Assembly: GCA_016932475.1 (NCBI GenBank)
Contig: JAFGCU010000120.1
Span: 4,562-68,561, forward strand
Source of the DNA: Anaerolineales bacterium
GTDB lineage: Bacteria > Chloroflexota > Anaerolineae > Anaerolineales > RBG-16-64-43
Length of the DNA stretch: 64,000 bases
Direction of reading: 5' to 3'
Below the pieces are notes generated by a model. It was not told the origin of the DNA and did no database searches. It worked only from the letters and a program-made list of their open reading frames with translations. Each line of letters begins with the position of its first letter. Within the stretch, counting starts at the first letter, position 1. Both the position numbers and the translations under genes were made by a program. Positions 1 through 9,244 of this stretch are shown one piece after another.

Positions 1-303
1 CCTCCCGGTCAGATCCGGCCGCAGCCCCAAGCCAATGTCGAGCGCATCCGCATCGTAATTTCCGCCCGGCACTTGCGCGTCCTTCCCGTAACTGCAAAAG
101 CCGATCAATTCTCCCCGCAAGCCGTGAATTCCATATATACGGTTCGCCGGGTCCGTCAAATACCGCATCTCCTTTTCCTTTTCTTCCGGTCGATAGTTAT
201 AGGAATCGTACGGGGGATCGTACCGCCAGTGGAAAATGACCTGCGCCGCGGCTTCATCGAGTGGAATGAAGGAAAGGGATAACTTCTTATGGCCGGTCAG
301 CAT
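1..303 (-). CDS. GNAT-family N-acetyltransferase, N-terminal part (gene runs off the left edge)
   Basis: I translated the minus strand from the ATG at 303-301: MLTGHKKLSLSFIPLDEAAAQVIFHWRYDPPYDSYNYRPEEKEKEMRYLTDPANRIYGIHGLRGELIGFCSYGKDAQVPGGNYDADALDIGLGLRPDLTGR. The frame stays open to nt 1. WRYDPPY..Y and LIGF...LDIGLGLRPDLTG are typical GNAT patterns. It is absent from the ORF track because it is open-ended. Confidence 0.55.
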   Translation of the reverse strand, partial: MLTGHKKLSLSFIPLDEAAAQVIFHWRYDPPYDSYNYRPEEKEKEMRYLTDPANRIYGIHGLRGELIGFCSYGKDAQVPGGNYDADALDIGLGLRPDLTGR

Positions 304-552
304 CCGCAAATTTCCAATCACCGTGATTCCCCATCCGTCAAAGGAAGGGATGCCGCTAAATTCCCGAAATGATCTTCCGGAATGTCCGTTTCCGATAGCT
401 TGAATACCCCGCGAGGTTCCGCGCCGGAAACCGGTCCTTCTATTTGCCCGGGACGATATCCCCGGCGATCCTGATCCCGCGAAACAACCCGCGCGACAGC
501 GTCAGGATCATCGGAGCCTTGTCAATCAAAAAACACGTTGCGGATCCTCGAC

Positions 553-1272
553 TCATGAGTCCCGAGGCGCCATCCCGGCCGGCAGGCGGATCGCCACCCG
601 GCAGAGATCGCCGCCCTGCAGGATACTCTCCAGCACCTCCACCCGCACGGGCTTTTGGAGGATAGACTCCCAGATTCCTTTGTAGAATCCCGCCCCGCAG
701 TAACAATACACGCCGGGAATTCTCTCCCCGCGACCGGCGGCCGCCCGCACCCGCGGGCAATGACAATAATACGCCCGCCTTTTCGCGGGGTCCTCCTCCT
801 CCAAATACGCGGCAAGATATTCGCTTTTCGGAATTTTGGTCGCAAGGATCGTACTCCCCTGCCGCACCCCGGCCGGTCCCCAGCCCCGGGTTAATACGTC
901 CGCGATCCGCGCCTCATCCAGCTTCAGATTCTCCCGCAGGAAAGCGGCGAACCGCTCCCGCAGCATGCGCATCGCCGCATCGATATCCCCGCCGGCCGCG
1001 AATTCACGGCGGATGACCCGCAGATCCGCCTCGTCGTACCGGCAGGAGCAGCGGGTCAGGATCTCCCGGGCTTTCGCCTCCCCGACCCGTCCAACCAGCC
1101 TTTCCATCGCCGCATGCGACCACGCCTCGATCTCCTTGGACGGGGAATACGACGCCAGGGCTCCGCTGCCTTCCATGACCGCGCAGCGCTCGGCATCGCC
1201 CGCAAGCGCATCGATCGCGTTGGAAAATTTTTCCAGCCAGGAACGCTCGAAATCCGGGTTGCCTTCGGTCAT
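553..1272 (-). CDS. Conserved hypothetical Cys-rich protein (YYCHCP...YCYCGAGFYKG motif), family not recognised
   Basis: Lies in ORF 553..1437. The internal ATG (MTEGNPDF) at 1272 is preceded by GGAGGAGG. GC3-rich coding. The clustered Cys/His motif suggests metal binding. Confidence 0.6.
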   Translation of the reverse strand: MTEGNPDFERSWLEKFSNAIDALAGDAERCAVMEGSGALASYSPSKEIEAWSHAAMERLVGRVGEAKAREILTRCSCRYDEADLRVIRREFAAGGDIDAAMRMLRERFAAFLRENLKLDEARIADVLTRGWGPAGVRQGSTILATKIPKSEYLAAYLEEEDPAKRRAYYCHCPRVRAAAGRGERIPGVYCYCGAGFYKGIWESILQKPVRVEVLESILQGGDLCRVAIRLPAGMAPRDS

Positions 1273-1328
1273 GCCTCCTCCGGCTATCCGCCTCGAATCC
1301 GGCGGCCGGGCCGCCGCCTTCCCCCGCC

Positions 1329-1751
1329 CTACGGGGCCTTGCCCTCGAAGGAAGCCGCGTCCCGGATGCATCCCACGCCGATCAGCCGCCCGTCGGCGTC
1401 CTCGAATACGAACTCGTAGACGCCGTAAGCGGTCCACTCCGGCGCCTGCACAATCCGGACGCCCCGCGCCGCGAACTCCGCATGCAATCCGTCCACTCCC
1501 GAGGGGGATGGGGGCGCCAGAAAGGCGTCGTATCCCGCGCCGTATCGGGTGCGGTTCGACTCGACAATTCCAATTTTCGATTGCACAAGGATAAGCTCGA
1601 CTGAATCCCGGTATATGGCGGCAAAAGGTTCGGAGGCGTCATACTTTTCGACGATCCGGAATCCCAGTTTTTGACGATACCATTCCGCTGTTTTTCGGAC
1701 GTCGGGCGCGACCAGAACGGCCGCGCAGTTGATCAGTTTGTTATCGGCCAT
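1329..1751 (-). CDS. VOC family protein (glyoxalase/bleomycin-resistance fold)
   Basis: Lies in ORF 1329..1802. The start MADNKLINCAAVLVAPDVRKTAEWYRQKLGF at 1751 follows GGAGGA. Size (140 aa) and the N-terminal beta-alpha-beta pattern fit VOC proteins. Confidence 0.7.
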   Translation of the reverse strand: MADNKLINCAAVLVAPDVRKTAEWYRQKLGFRIVEKYDASEPFAAIYRDSVELILVQSKIGIVESNRTRYGAGYDAFLAPPSPSGVDGLHAEFAARGVRIVQAPEWTAYGVYEFVFEDADGRLIGVGCIRDAASFEGKAP

Positions 1752-1833
1752 TGGATTCCTCCGGATTCTGCGCACCGAAGCATCGAATAGAGCCGCCGGC
1801 ATCGAAGATATTTCGGTCGTCTTGCCCGCGCTT

Positions 1834-1896
1834 GCCCTCGTGGCGCATCCCGGCTTGCGGCTGGCTCATGAGCCGGGATGAATGCAAAGCGAGGGG
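1834..1896 (+). repeat. Nested-hairpin intergenic repeat, family A copy 1
   Basis: Outer stem ccctcg/cgaggg (1835-1840 / 1890-1895). Inner 10-bp stem catcccggct/agccgggatg (1846-1855 / 1871-1880). Same architecture as the copies at 15295, 25793 and 55485. Confidence 0.8.
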
Positions 1897-2039
1897 GGCT
1901 TCCAGGAATCATACGATAATATCCACAAATGTGTGAACCGGATCCCCGGGCAATACGCTCGGGGATGACGTTCATTCAAGACGGCTCGGGGAGGGCGATC
2001 CTTCGCTGGTATTTGGGGGGGACGATCGATTCCAGTCTG

Positions 2040-2954
2040 CTATTTCGAAATCCTCCGGGCGATTGCGGCGATGAACTCCGGGCTGCTTCCGCAGCACCCG
2101 CCCGCCACCTGCACGCCGCGGGCGATGAGCGCGGCGGTCCTTTCGGCAAACAGTTGCGGGCCGACGTCGTACACCGCTTTGTCGCCGATCATCCTGGGCA
2201 GGCCGGCGTTGGGCTTGGCGATCCAGGGAAGCGCGGGCGCGGCATCGCGCAATTGGTCCAGCACCTCGTCCATGACATCCAAGCCCTCGCCGCAATTCGC
2301 GCCAAACGCCGCCAGCCCGAGCGGCCGCAGCGATTCGAGCGCCTGCCGGACTCCGATCCCCATGATCGTCCGGCCGCCCGGTCCGAACGTCATCGAACAG
2401 AAGACGGGCAGATCCGAAGCGCGGCGCGCGCCCGTGACGGCCGCGCGCGCCTCCTCCAGATCCATCATGGTTTCCACCCACAGGAGGTCCACCCCGCTTT
2501 CGGCCAGCGCCCGCGCCTGTTCGGCGAAGGCATCGACGGCCCCGGCGAAGGTCAGGCCGCCCATCGGCTCCATCATCTCGCCGCACGGGCCGATGTCGCC
2601 GGCCACGAACGCCCGGCCCCCCGCCGCCTCGCGCGCGAGCTCCGCCCCCGCACGGTTGAACTCGGCCGTCCGCGCGTCCATGCCCGCCCTTTTAAGTTTG
2701 ATCCGGCTTCCACCGAAGGTGTTGCTTAGGATGATCCGCGATCCGGCGGCGATGTAGGCGCGGTGCACGTCCGCGATCCGCTGGGGATACGCGACGTTCC
2801 ACTCCTCCGGGGGCGCGCCCGGTTCGAGTCCCTGGGCCATGAGGAGAGTCCCCATCGCGCCGTCGGCGAGGAACGTCTCCCCGCCCGCCAGGCGCTCCAG
2901 CAACCCTTTTTCCCGGATATCGGGGGTGTCGCCGATCTGCGAACCGTCCGTCAT
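2040..2954 (-). CDS. Homocysteine S-methyltransferase family protein
   Basis: 304-aa ORF. FLADGAMGTLL at the N-terminus and a C-terminal GGCCGSSPEFI zinc-site motif are characteristic of the Hcy-binding domain. GGAGG precedes the ATG at 2954. Confidence 0.85.
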   Translation of the reverse strand: MTDGSQIGDTPDIREKGLLERLAGGETFLADGAMGTLLMAQGLEPGAPPEEWNVAYPQRIADVHRAYIAAGSRIILSNTFGGSRIKLKRAGMDARTAEFNRAGAELAREAAGGRAFVAGDIGPCGEMMEPMGGLTFAGAVDAFAEQARALAESGVDLLWVETMMDLEEARAAVTGARRASDLPVFCSMTFGPGGRTIMGIGVRQALESLRPLGLAAFGANCGEGLDVMDEVLDQLRDAAPALPWIAKPNAGLPRMIGDKAVYDVGPQLFAERTAALIARGVQVAGGCCGSSPEFIAAIARRISK

Positions 2955-2978
2955 TTGGCCTCCGGTTCAATCCCCGCG

Positions 2979-3857
2979 CTACTCAAAAATGATCGTCCGT
3001 TGACCGCACAGGAACACCCGCTCATCCAGCACCAGTTTCACCGCCCGGGCCAGAACCGATTTTTCCACATCCCGCCCGGCCCGGATCATATCCTCGACGG
3101 TGTAGGTGTGGGCCACAGGCAGGATGCCCTGGGCGATGATCGGCCCTTCGTCGAGCTTTTCGGTGACGAAGTGGGCCGTCGCGCCGATGATCTTCACCCC
3201 GCGCTCATACGCCTGACGGTACGGGCTGGCCCCGGTGAACGCCGGCAGAAACGAGTGGTGAATGTTGATCATCCGGCTCGGGAAGCGGTTGATGAAATCG
3301 GCGGTGAGGACGCGCATGTATTTGGCCAGGATGATATATTCCGGATCGTACCGCGCAAGTTCCGCGAGGATCTCCGCTTCGTGTTGGGCGCGGGTTTTCC
3401 CCTCATGGCGGATATGGTGATACGGGACGTCAAACCGCCGGACCAGATCTCCCAATTCGGCATGGTTGGAGATCACCGCCCGGATCTCCGCATTCAAGTC
3501 GCCGAAGGCGTGGCGCAGCAGCAGGTCGCCCAGGCAGTGATATTCCTTTGTCGCGAAGATCACGATCCGCCGCTTTTCGCAGGTCGGGAATCGGACCGAG
3601 GCGCCCGGCGGGAGAACCGCCTGGAGCTCACCGGCAACCCGGCTCTGCTCGATCGTATGCTCGGCCGCCGTCCGCATGTAGAACCGCCCGCTGTTATGAT
3701 CCACGAACTCGTTATTCTGAACGATGTTTACCCCGTGCCGAAGCAGCACGTCCGTGACGGCGTGAATCAAGCCCTTGCGGTCCGGACATTCAATCAGGAT
3801 GATCTGAGGATAATCGGGCATCAGGTTTTCCGATGACGGAGGAAAAATCCTTTCCAT
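2979..3857 (-). CDS. purU: Formyltetrahydrofolate deformylase
   Basis: ACT-like N-terminus (ILIECPDRKGLIHAVTDVLLRHGVNIVQNNEFVDHNSGRFYMR) and a formyltransferase core (INIHHSFLPAFTGASPYRQAYERGVKIIGATAHFV) closely resemble E. coli PurU as I remember it. The start is ambiguous: 3857 (MERIF) or 3821 (MPDYPQ). Confidence 0.85.
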   Translation of the reverse strand: MERIFPPSSENLMPDYPQIILIECPDRKGLIHAVTDVLLRHGVNIVQNNEFVDHNSGRFYMRTAAEHTIEQSRVAGELQAVLPPGASVRFPTCEKRRIVIFATKEYHCLGDLLLRHAFGDLNAEIRAVISNHAELGDLVRRFDVPYHHIRHEGKTRAQHEAEILAELARYDPEYIILAKYMRVLTADFINRFPSRMINIHHSFLPAFTGASPYRQAYERGVKIIGATAHFVTEKLDEGPIIAQGILPVAHTYTVEDMIRAGRDVEKSVLARAVKLVLDERVFLCGQRTIIFE

Positions 3858-4479
3858 AGGATCAACCGGTTTTGCGTTTCTTTCCGGCGCAGCAGAGCAT
3901 CCCAATATACCGGTCCCCGCGCCGCAGTTCAGCAATCATCTCTCCAGCCGCTTCCGTTCCGCCTCCGGGAGCGTGGCTCGACCGACCCTGGAGAGGCAGT
4001 CGTTCCGCCGACGGGCCGGACGCGCGCGGCAGCCCGCGGTCAATCTGGTTTTTCCCAGTCCAGCCCGGACGTTTGCATGCATCTTCTAATTAACCCGGGT
4101 CAAGCGGGAATAGTCGTACATTGGATCACCCTCCCCGCAGCGGAACAGCCGCCGATGACGGCGGTCGATGCCGTTGGCAAAGCCTCAACATGAATAAGAT
4201 TATTTTACTCCACAATACTTGGAAAAATTGATGCATCCCTTGTAAAAACTTCTTATTTTGTGTTTTTTCATACATTCGAATACCGCTATAACGAGTGCCC
4301 GCGGATTTTTCAATCCGGCATGAACGAGTAATTCCCGCATGGGAACGGGCGGATATCCGAGGAGGATCGGACGGTCCCAGGTACTCAATTTTGTAAAAAA
4401 AATCCCGCCGGGGAGGAACGCAACCCGATCGAAATCCTGCCGGATTACGGGGATCGGTTCAATCATAAGTGAATTTCCC

Positions 4480-4887
4480 CTACCGCCAAACGACGAGGAT
4501 CGCTCCTGCCAGCCCGAATCCGATCAGGTTGTTCCCGACCCGGATCAGGAACAGGTTGAAAGGGTTCTTTTCCCGGATCAGTTCGCCGATTTCAAGGGGT
4601 ATGATGAAGCCGAGCCAAGCCAGGATGCCGATGAAGAGCCCGTCCACCACCGTGGCCGCGCCGGCAAGGTTGACGATAATCGCCAGGACGAGCGCGGAGA
4701 GAAAATTCCCGAGTACGCCGACCGGCAACCACCGGGAAGCGGGTTTCAGATTTGCTCCGGTGAGGCCGGACCATGCGTCGCCGAACACCTTCGGCAGATA
4801 CCAGATCCATCCGACCAGCATGAGGACTGCGGTTGCGGCCAGGACGGCCAGCAGGTTGACCGACGAGAGATTGAGAGTCGGGAGCAT
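4480..4887 (-). CDS. DUF1761-family small membrane protein
   Basis: 135 aa with 4 predicted TM segments. The N-terminal LAVLAATAVLMLVGWIWYLPKVFGDAW pattern is typical of DUF1761. GGAGGAGG precedes the ATG. Confidence 0.65.
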   Translation of the reverse strand: MLPTLNLSSVNLLAVLAATAVLMLVGWIWYLPKVFGDAWSGLTGANLKPASRWLPVGVLGNFLSALVLAIIVNLAGAATVVDGLFIGILAWLGFIIPLEIGELIREKNPFNLFLIRVGNNLIGFGLAGAILVVWR

Positions 4888-4926
4888 GGTTCCTCCTCCA
4901 AGCCGGCTTGTGCGCTGAACGGACGG

Positions 4927-5133
4927 CTATCCCGGCGCGGTTTGTTCGATCGATTGCACCCGCCCCACCCGGCCATCCTCCAGCATCACCTTGATGCCGT
5001 GCGGGTGGGCCGGGCTTTTGGTAAGGATGCGGGCGACGACTCCGGCCGATATTTGACCGCTGCGCTGGTTCTGCTTCTCGATGATTTGCACCCGCAAGCC
5101 TGGATGGAGCTCGCTTCTTTTTGGGTAAGGCAT
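4927..5133 (-). CDS. YwbE-family small protein (DUF2196)
   Basis: Internal start MPYPKRSELHPGLRVQIIEKQNQRSGQISAGVVARILTKSPAHPHGIKVMLEDGRVGRVQSI. The QR(T/S)G...HPHGIKV...GRV signature matches YwbE-like proteins. 68 aa. Confidence 0.7.
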   Translation of the reverse strand: MPYPKRSELHPGLRVQIIEKQNQRSGQISAGVVARILTKSPAHPHGIKVMLEDGRVGRVQSIEQTAPG

Positions 5134-5461
5134 AGGCCTCGTTTCATTGTGATAATTTCCCGTTTTGGCGCATCCGGGTCGAGGCAATCATTGTACACAA
5201 GATCGCGGCATGGCGGCACTGTCCGGACTCCTCTCCCGCTCTTCGACTTGGAAGACCGCCCAATCTCAGACGCTCCTCCCCCCGCTTCCCCCGCCCGTGA
5301 AACCTTTGGATCGGAAGGCGGACCCCCGAGGGGGATAGGGGAAAGAAGGTCGGGATAGAAAAGCGGGACGGAACGGAAATGACTCCGGGGGAAACCGGAG
5401 TCATTTCCTTGAGGAGAATTTTTTTCGGCCGGCTTTCCGACATGCGGATGGCGGAGAAAGG

Positions 5462-6466
5462 TCAGCCGCGCTTCAAGATCCGGTCGATCTCGTCCATCTG
5501 GGCCCGGGCAAGCGGCCCGAATTGGATCGCGCCGCAGTTTTCCTCGACCTGCTTCACGTTCTTGAAACCCGGAATCGGGATCGCCTTCGGGCTGCGGGCC
5601 CACAGCCACGCCAGCGCGCCCTGGGCCAGGGTCCGGCCGCCGGCGGTGAGCACCGCGCGGATCGAATCGAGCTTCTCGAGCCAATCCCGGGTGGGCCTGC
5701 CGTTCTGGAAACCGGGGTGCCAGCTGGCGTGCTTGCGCACATCCTCCTCGGCGAAGGTCGAGGCGGGGGAAAATTTTCCCGTCAGCAATCCCATCCCGAG
5801 CGGACCGCGGATCATGCTCCCGAGGTTCCATTCTCCGCACAGCTCGAGGAGTTCGTTGTTCCCGTCCAGCACGCTGAACTGCTGCTCGATCACCCCGCAG
5901 CGCGGCGAGGTCGAGAAGGCGCGGATCGCGTCGGTGCGATCTGTGCTCCAGCCGTAGGTTCGGATTTTCCCCTCCTCGACAAGCTTCTCGAGCACTTCAC
6001 GGGCCTCGAGCGCGCGTTCGATGCTGTGCCCCCAGATGTGCAGCAGGTAGACGTCGAGGAAATCGGTGCCGAGCCGCTGGAGGGTGCGTTCGAGATCCGC
6101 GCGGATGTGCGGGGCGGCGTCGCTGTCTTCCTCCGGCTGGGTATAGTTCGTCACCGCCCTGGCGGCTTCGTCGACCTTGTATCCGAACTTGCTGGCGATG
6201 ACGACCTTCCCGCGGCGGCCCTGGATCGCTTGGCCGAGGATGCGCTCGCTGTGGCCGGCGCCGTAGTTGGCGGCGGTGTCGAAGAAAATCACTCCCAGGT
6301 CGATGGCGGCATGGATCGCGCGGACCGATTCGGCGTCGTCGACGCCGGTCCAGCCCGCCTGGCCTCCGCCGAGAGTCCAATTTCCGCCGATCGCCCAGCA
6401 GCCCAGCCCCATCGGGCTGACTTCGATTCCGGAACGGCCGAGAACGCGGTTGGGTGTTGTGGTCAT
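5462..6466 (-). CDS. Aldo/keto reductase
   Basis: RVLGRSGIEVSPMGLGCWAIGG..., DTAANYGAGHSE and a C-terminal IPIPGFKNVKQVEEN are classic AKR motifs. The start MTTTPNR at 6466 follows AAGGAG. Confidence 0.85.
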   Translation of the reverse strand: MTTTPNRVLGRSGIEVSPMGLGCWAIGGNWTLGGGQAGWTGVDDAESVRAIHAAIDLGVIFFDTAANYGAGHSERILGQAIQGRRGKVVIASKFGYKVDEAARAVTNYTQPEEDSDAAPHIRADLERTLQRLGTDFLDVYLLHIWGHSIERALEAREVLEKLVEEGKIRTYGWSTDRTDAIRAFSTSPRCGVIEQQFSVLDGNNELLELCGEWNLGSMIRGPLGMGLLTGKFSPASTFAEEDVRKHASWHPGFQNGRPTRDWLEKLDSIRAVLTAGGRTLAQGALAWLWARSPKAIPIPGFKNVKQVEENCGAIQFGPLARAQMDEIDRILKRG

Positions 6467-6501
6467 TTGAGTCTCCTTGAGGAAAAATGATTTGTATTCC
6501 A

Positions 6502-6559
6502 TTCCCCCTTCTTCAGACCTGACAGGTCTTAAGACCTGTCAGGTCTGAAGAAGGGGGAA
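6502..6559. repeat. Perfect 58-bp palindrome containing two GACCTGNCAGGTC sub-palindromes
   Basis: I checked it base by base: position p pairs with 13061-p for all of 6502-6559 (ttcccccttcttcagacctgacaggtctt|aagacctgtcaggtctgaagaagggggaa). It lies between the flavodoxin-fusion stop (6561) and the AKR start (6466). Confidence 0.95.
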
Positions 6560-6560
6560 G

Positions 6561-7409
6561 TCATGCCGCCGCCTGCCATCCCGCGGCGATGATCCGGCTT
6601 TGTTTATGGGCAAGGATCTCGTCGGTCATGCCCCATTCCTGTAGAAAGGATGGATAAAACTCGCGGATGCGGTCGTCGGCTTGAAGCGCCTTCTCGGGGC
6701 ACACGCACATGCAGTGCATGCACTCGATGCATTTCGCCGGATCGGATGTGCCGCTCTGCGCGTCCATCGCCTGCGCCGGACACTCGGCTTCGCACACGCC
6801 GCACAGCGAGCAATCCTTGACCCGCACCGGCTGGGTCCATTTGCGTTCCATATTGGCCGGCGCGTCCACCCGGCTCTTCCAGGCCAGATCGTATCCGAAC
6901 GTTTTCTGGAGCGAGAAGGCTTCGGTGTTCGCGGGATCGAAGCGCTCCAGCGCCAGCGCAGCATATTCGCGCCCAACGGAAAAATCCGCGTCGTTCGGCC
7001 TGTCCGGCAGAAGCCGCCAGCCGGCGAGGTTGAAGGAATGCCTGCCCAGGAACTCCGCCGAAAGGCGGACGCGGAACCCGGCCTGCGTCAGCAGGGTGTA
7101 GATGTGGTACTGGGCATGGCCCGGAGTTCGGCCGCCGTAAGTGACAAACAGCGCGCACGGCTTCCCCCCTCCGTGGAGCGTTCGTATCCAGTCGCTCATC
7201 ACGCTCGGCGGAAAATCGGCGTACACCGGCATACCGAACAGGAAGGCATCGAAGCCGGCAGCGGGGAACGGCTTTTGGCGCGCCGCGAATGCGGTGAGGT
7301 TGAAAAGCTGCGCCTCGCGCCCGCGCCGGACCAACTCGCCGTGTATGACGCCGGCATATTCCTCCGTGACGTGCGTTCCAGAAAAAAAGATGACGGCGAT
7401 TTTTTTCAT
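6561..7409 (-). CDS. Flavodoxin-like domain fused to a 2x[4Fe-4S] ferredoxin domain
   Basis: The N-terminus MKKIAVIFFSGTHVTEEYA is flavodoxin-like. The C-terminus has CSLCGVCEAECP and CIECMHCMCVCP, two CxxCxxCxxxCP clusters. Confidence 0.8.
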   Translation of the reverse strand: MKKIAVIFFSGTHVTEEYAGVIHGELVRRGREAQLFNLTAFAARQKPFPAAGFDAFLFGMPVYADFPPSVMSDWIRTLHGGGKPCALFVTYGGRTPGHAQYHIYTLLTQAGFRVRLSAEFLGRHSFNLAGWRLLPDRPNDADFSVGREYAALALERFDPANTEAFSLQKTFGYDLAWKSRVDAPANMERKWTQPVRVKDCSLCGVCEAECPAQAMDAQSGTSDPAKCIECMHCMCVCPEKALQADDRIREFYPSFLQEWGMTDEILAHKQSRIIAAGWQAAA

Positions 7410-7430
7410 GAGCGCTCATGCTCCTATTGA

Positions 7431-7453
7431 CCCCTCCCCAGAGTGGGGAGGGG
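7431..7453. terminator. C/G-rich hairpin directly after the MBL hydrolase gene (no U tract)
   Basis: cccctcccca gag tggggagggg gives a 10-bp perfect stem. Confidence 0.5.
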
Positions 7454-7470
7454 TGAGAGGGAAAACGGAT

Positions 7471-8400
7471 TTATTCCTGTTGGAAAGTTCTGGCACGCGA
7501 AGGACATAGTTCGACGGGCATCGGGTCCCCATAACACGCCATGAAACGTCCGGGGGATATTTCCTCCACCCGGAACGGATCGCCGGTATGAGCCGCCAGC
7601 AATGTCGCCCGAGATTCGGCGAATTGGTGGAAAAAACGCCTCCGCTGGGATCGGGCCAGTTCGCGATCGAAATCCCAATCCGCGGCCGACCACTCCGGAT
7701 GCGGCGCCTGGGCCGGGTGATGGATCAGGTCCCCGAGGAACCACACGTTCCGATCCTCCAATTCGAAAACCAGGTGGCCCGGCGTATGGCCGGTGGTGTC
7801 GTGAACCCGGACCGGGCCGATCCGTTCGCCGCCGCGCGCGAACTGCACGGATCCGGCCTCCACCAGCGGAAGGATGCTGTCGTTGATGCACGGGTGCCGC
7901 GCCGGATCACCGGCCGGGAATCCGTTCCAGTATGCCCACTCGCGCGGGGCAAGCACATATTTCGCGCCCGGGAAGGTCGGCTCCCAGCGATCTCCGTTCC
8001 ACGTGGTCGCCAGGCCGACATGATCCGGATGCATGTGGGAAAGGAAGACATATTCCACATCGCCAAGGCCGACTCCCGCGGCAGCCAGAGTCTCGCGGTA
8101 CGGCAGGTTCTGATGATCCCAGTACGGTTCATCCGGGCGGGCCTTTCCGTTTCCGGATCCCGCCTCGATCAGGATCGCTCGATTGCCTTGTGTCACAAGG
8201 AACATCTGAGTCGAGGAAACGATCATTCCCGTTTCGGTCAGGCGGCTGTTCTCACCGGACGGGGATGCTTTGCGGATCGCATCCGCGGGAATCCCCGGGA
8301 AGAGCACGCCGTGCGGCATCGCTTCGCCCTCCCATTCGATGATCTGGAACACTTTCAACTCGTCAAACACATGCGGACCGCGGATTTCCAATAAAGTCAT
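7471..8400 (-). CDS. MBL-fold metallo-hydrolase
   Basis: Contains the SHMHPDHVG (HxHxDH) motif and the downstream TTGHTPGH. The start MTLLEIR at 8400 follows GGAGG. Confidence 0.85.
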   Translation of the reverse strand: MTLLEIRGPHVFDELKVFQIIEWEGEAMPHGVLFPGIPADAIRKASPSGENSRLTETGMIVSSTQMFLVTQGNRAILIEAGSGNGKARPDEPYWDHQNLPYRETLAAAGVGLGDVEYVFLSHMHPDHVGLATTWNGDRWEPTFPGAKYVLAPREWAYWNGFPAGDPARHPCINDSILPLVEAGSVQFARGGERIGPVRVHDTTGHTPGHLVFELEDRNVWFLGDLIHHPAQAPHPEWSAADWDFDRELARSQRRRFFHQFAESRATLLAAHTGDPFRVEEISPGRFMACYGDPMPVELCPSRARTFQQE

Positions 8401-8688
8401 CTTGGCCTCCAAAAAAGATCTTGTTTCTTTTTAATTCCACCCAATCCCATAGGATTCCCATGATCCTCATGCCCGCGCCCGCCCTCGCGAAGCGGGGGTG
8501 TACCCGCTCCGTAACCCTGGATTCCTGCCAGGATCACCCCCGCTCGCAAATGCTTCGCATCGGCAAACCTCCGATGCTCATGGCCCGGAGGGTTGACGCG
8601 GGAACAACGGCCAAACCAAGGCAGGGTATCACCCAAGGCGACCAATCTTTCCCCTTTTGGAGAGCCCCTGGCCGAAGGCCGGGAGTGG

Positions 8689-9195
8689 TCAACACTCCGC
8701 CAGCGGAAGGTCGCAATATTGCTGGCCGCCTTGGGGAGCCGGTTTCCCCCGCGGCTTGAAACCGTATTCCCAGACCTCGGCCTGGATGGTCTGCATCCCT
8801 ATTCGCCGCGCGACCGAAACGCGGTTGTGCCCGTCCTCGACGTAATACTGTTCTCCGGCCTTCAGCACACGGATCGCCGGCCACCCGGCTTCCTCGGCCA
8901 GCAGGTAAATGCTGATCCAGCGGTCGCGCAAGTGCGGCGCGAGCGGGCGGAAGTCGCGGTCGAAATCCGCATCGCGGTCGACGCTGCCGACGATCCGCTC
9001 AACCGGGATTTCCATAACCCCGCGGTAACGCCGCGCCGGTTCGAGCTCCGCCATCCGATTGCTGAAACTTTCCAGCTCCCCGCGTTTTGCGAACAGCCGC
9101 CGGAACAGGAATCCCTTCCGCGCCTTCGAAAGCTGGCTCTGGAATTCTTCGATCGCCATCAGGCGGGCGTAGGATAGAACGGCATCTGTCTGCAT
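8689..9195 (-). CDS. ParB/sulfiredoxin-like N-terminal domain protein
   Basis: GEQYYVEDGHNRVSVARRIG resembles the ParB/Srx DGHHR-type core. The start MQTDAV at 9195 follows GAGGAA. 168 aa. Confidence 0.55.
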   Translation of the reverse strand: MQTDAVLSYARLMAIEEFQSQLSKARKGFLFRRLFAKRGELESFSNRMAELEPARRYRGVMEIPVERIVGSVDRDADFDRDFRPLAPHLRDRWISIYLLAEEAGWPAIRVLKAGEQYYVEDGHNRVSVARRIGMQTIQAEVWEYGFKPRGKPAPQGGQQYCDLPLAEC

Positions 9196-9210
9196 GAAAT
9201 TCCTCGATTC

Positions 9211-9230
9211 CACTGCAACCGGTTGCAGTG
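9211..9230. promoter_or_regulatory. LacI-type operator candidate (20-bp perfect palindrome)
   Basis: cactgcaacc|ggttgcagtg. It sits 16 nt upstream of the ParB-like start codon and 15 nt downstream of the LacI stop. It shares the 14-bp core tgcaaccggttgca with 10283-10298. Confidence 0.55.
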
Positions 9231-9244
9231 CGACTAAAAAAAAA

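Noticed and set aside
2821-2835. ggttcgagtcc, a T-loop-like string suggestive of a tRNA.
   Set aside because: It lies inside the homocysteine methyltransferase coding frame and has no acceptor, D or anticodon arm complementarity around it. I saw no other tRNA-like T-arm (ggttcgaatcc or its complement) in the window.
3940-3995. ctctccag ... ctggagag hairpin upstream of purU, reminiscent of the glycine-riboswitch CUCUGGAGAG element.
   Set aside because: No ACCGAAGGGGCAA-type core is present on either strand. It is only an 8-bp stem enclosing 40 nt.
4200-4466. 88-aa minus-strand ORF in the AT-rich patch downstream of the DUF1761 gene.
   Set aside because: Composition changes abruptly within the ORF. 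It has no Shine-Dalgarno and no recognisable motif. More likely this is intergenic promoter or terminator DNA.
8413-8688. Possible riboswitch or ncRNA in the 276-bp gap upstream of the MBL hydrolase gene.
   Set aside because: The segment is explained by degenerate copies of the family A-type repeats (gccctcgcgaagcggg..., gcatcggcaaacctccgatgc). I could find no match to any riboswitch consensus that I can recall.
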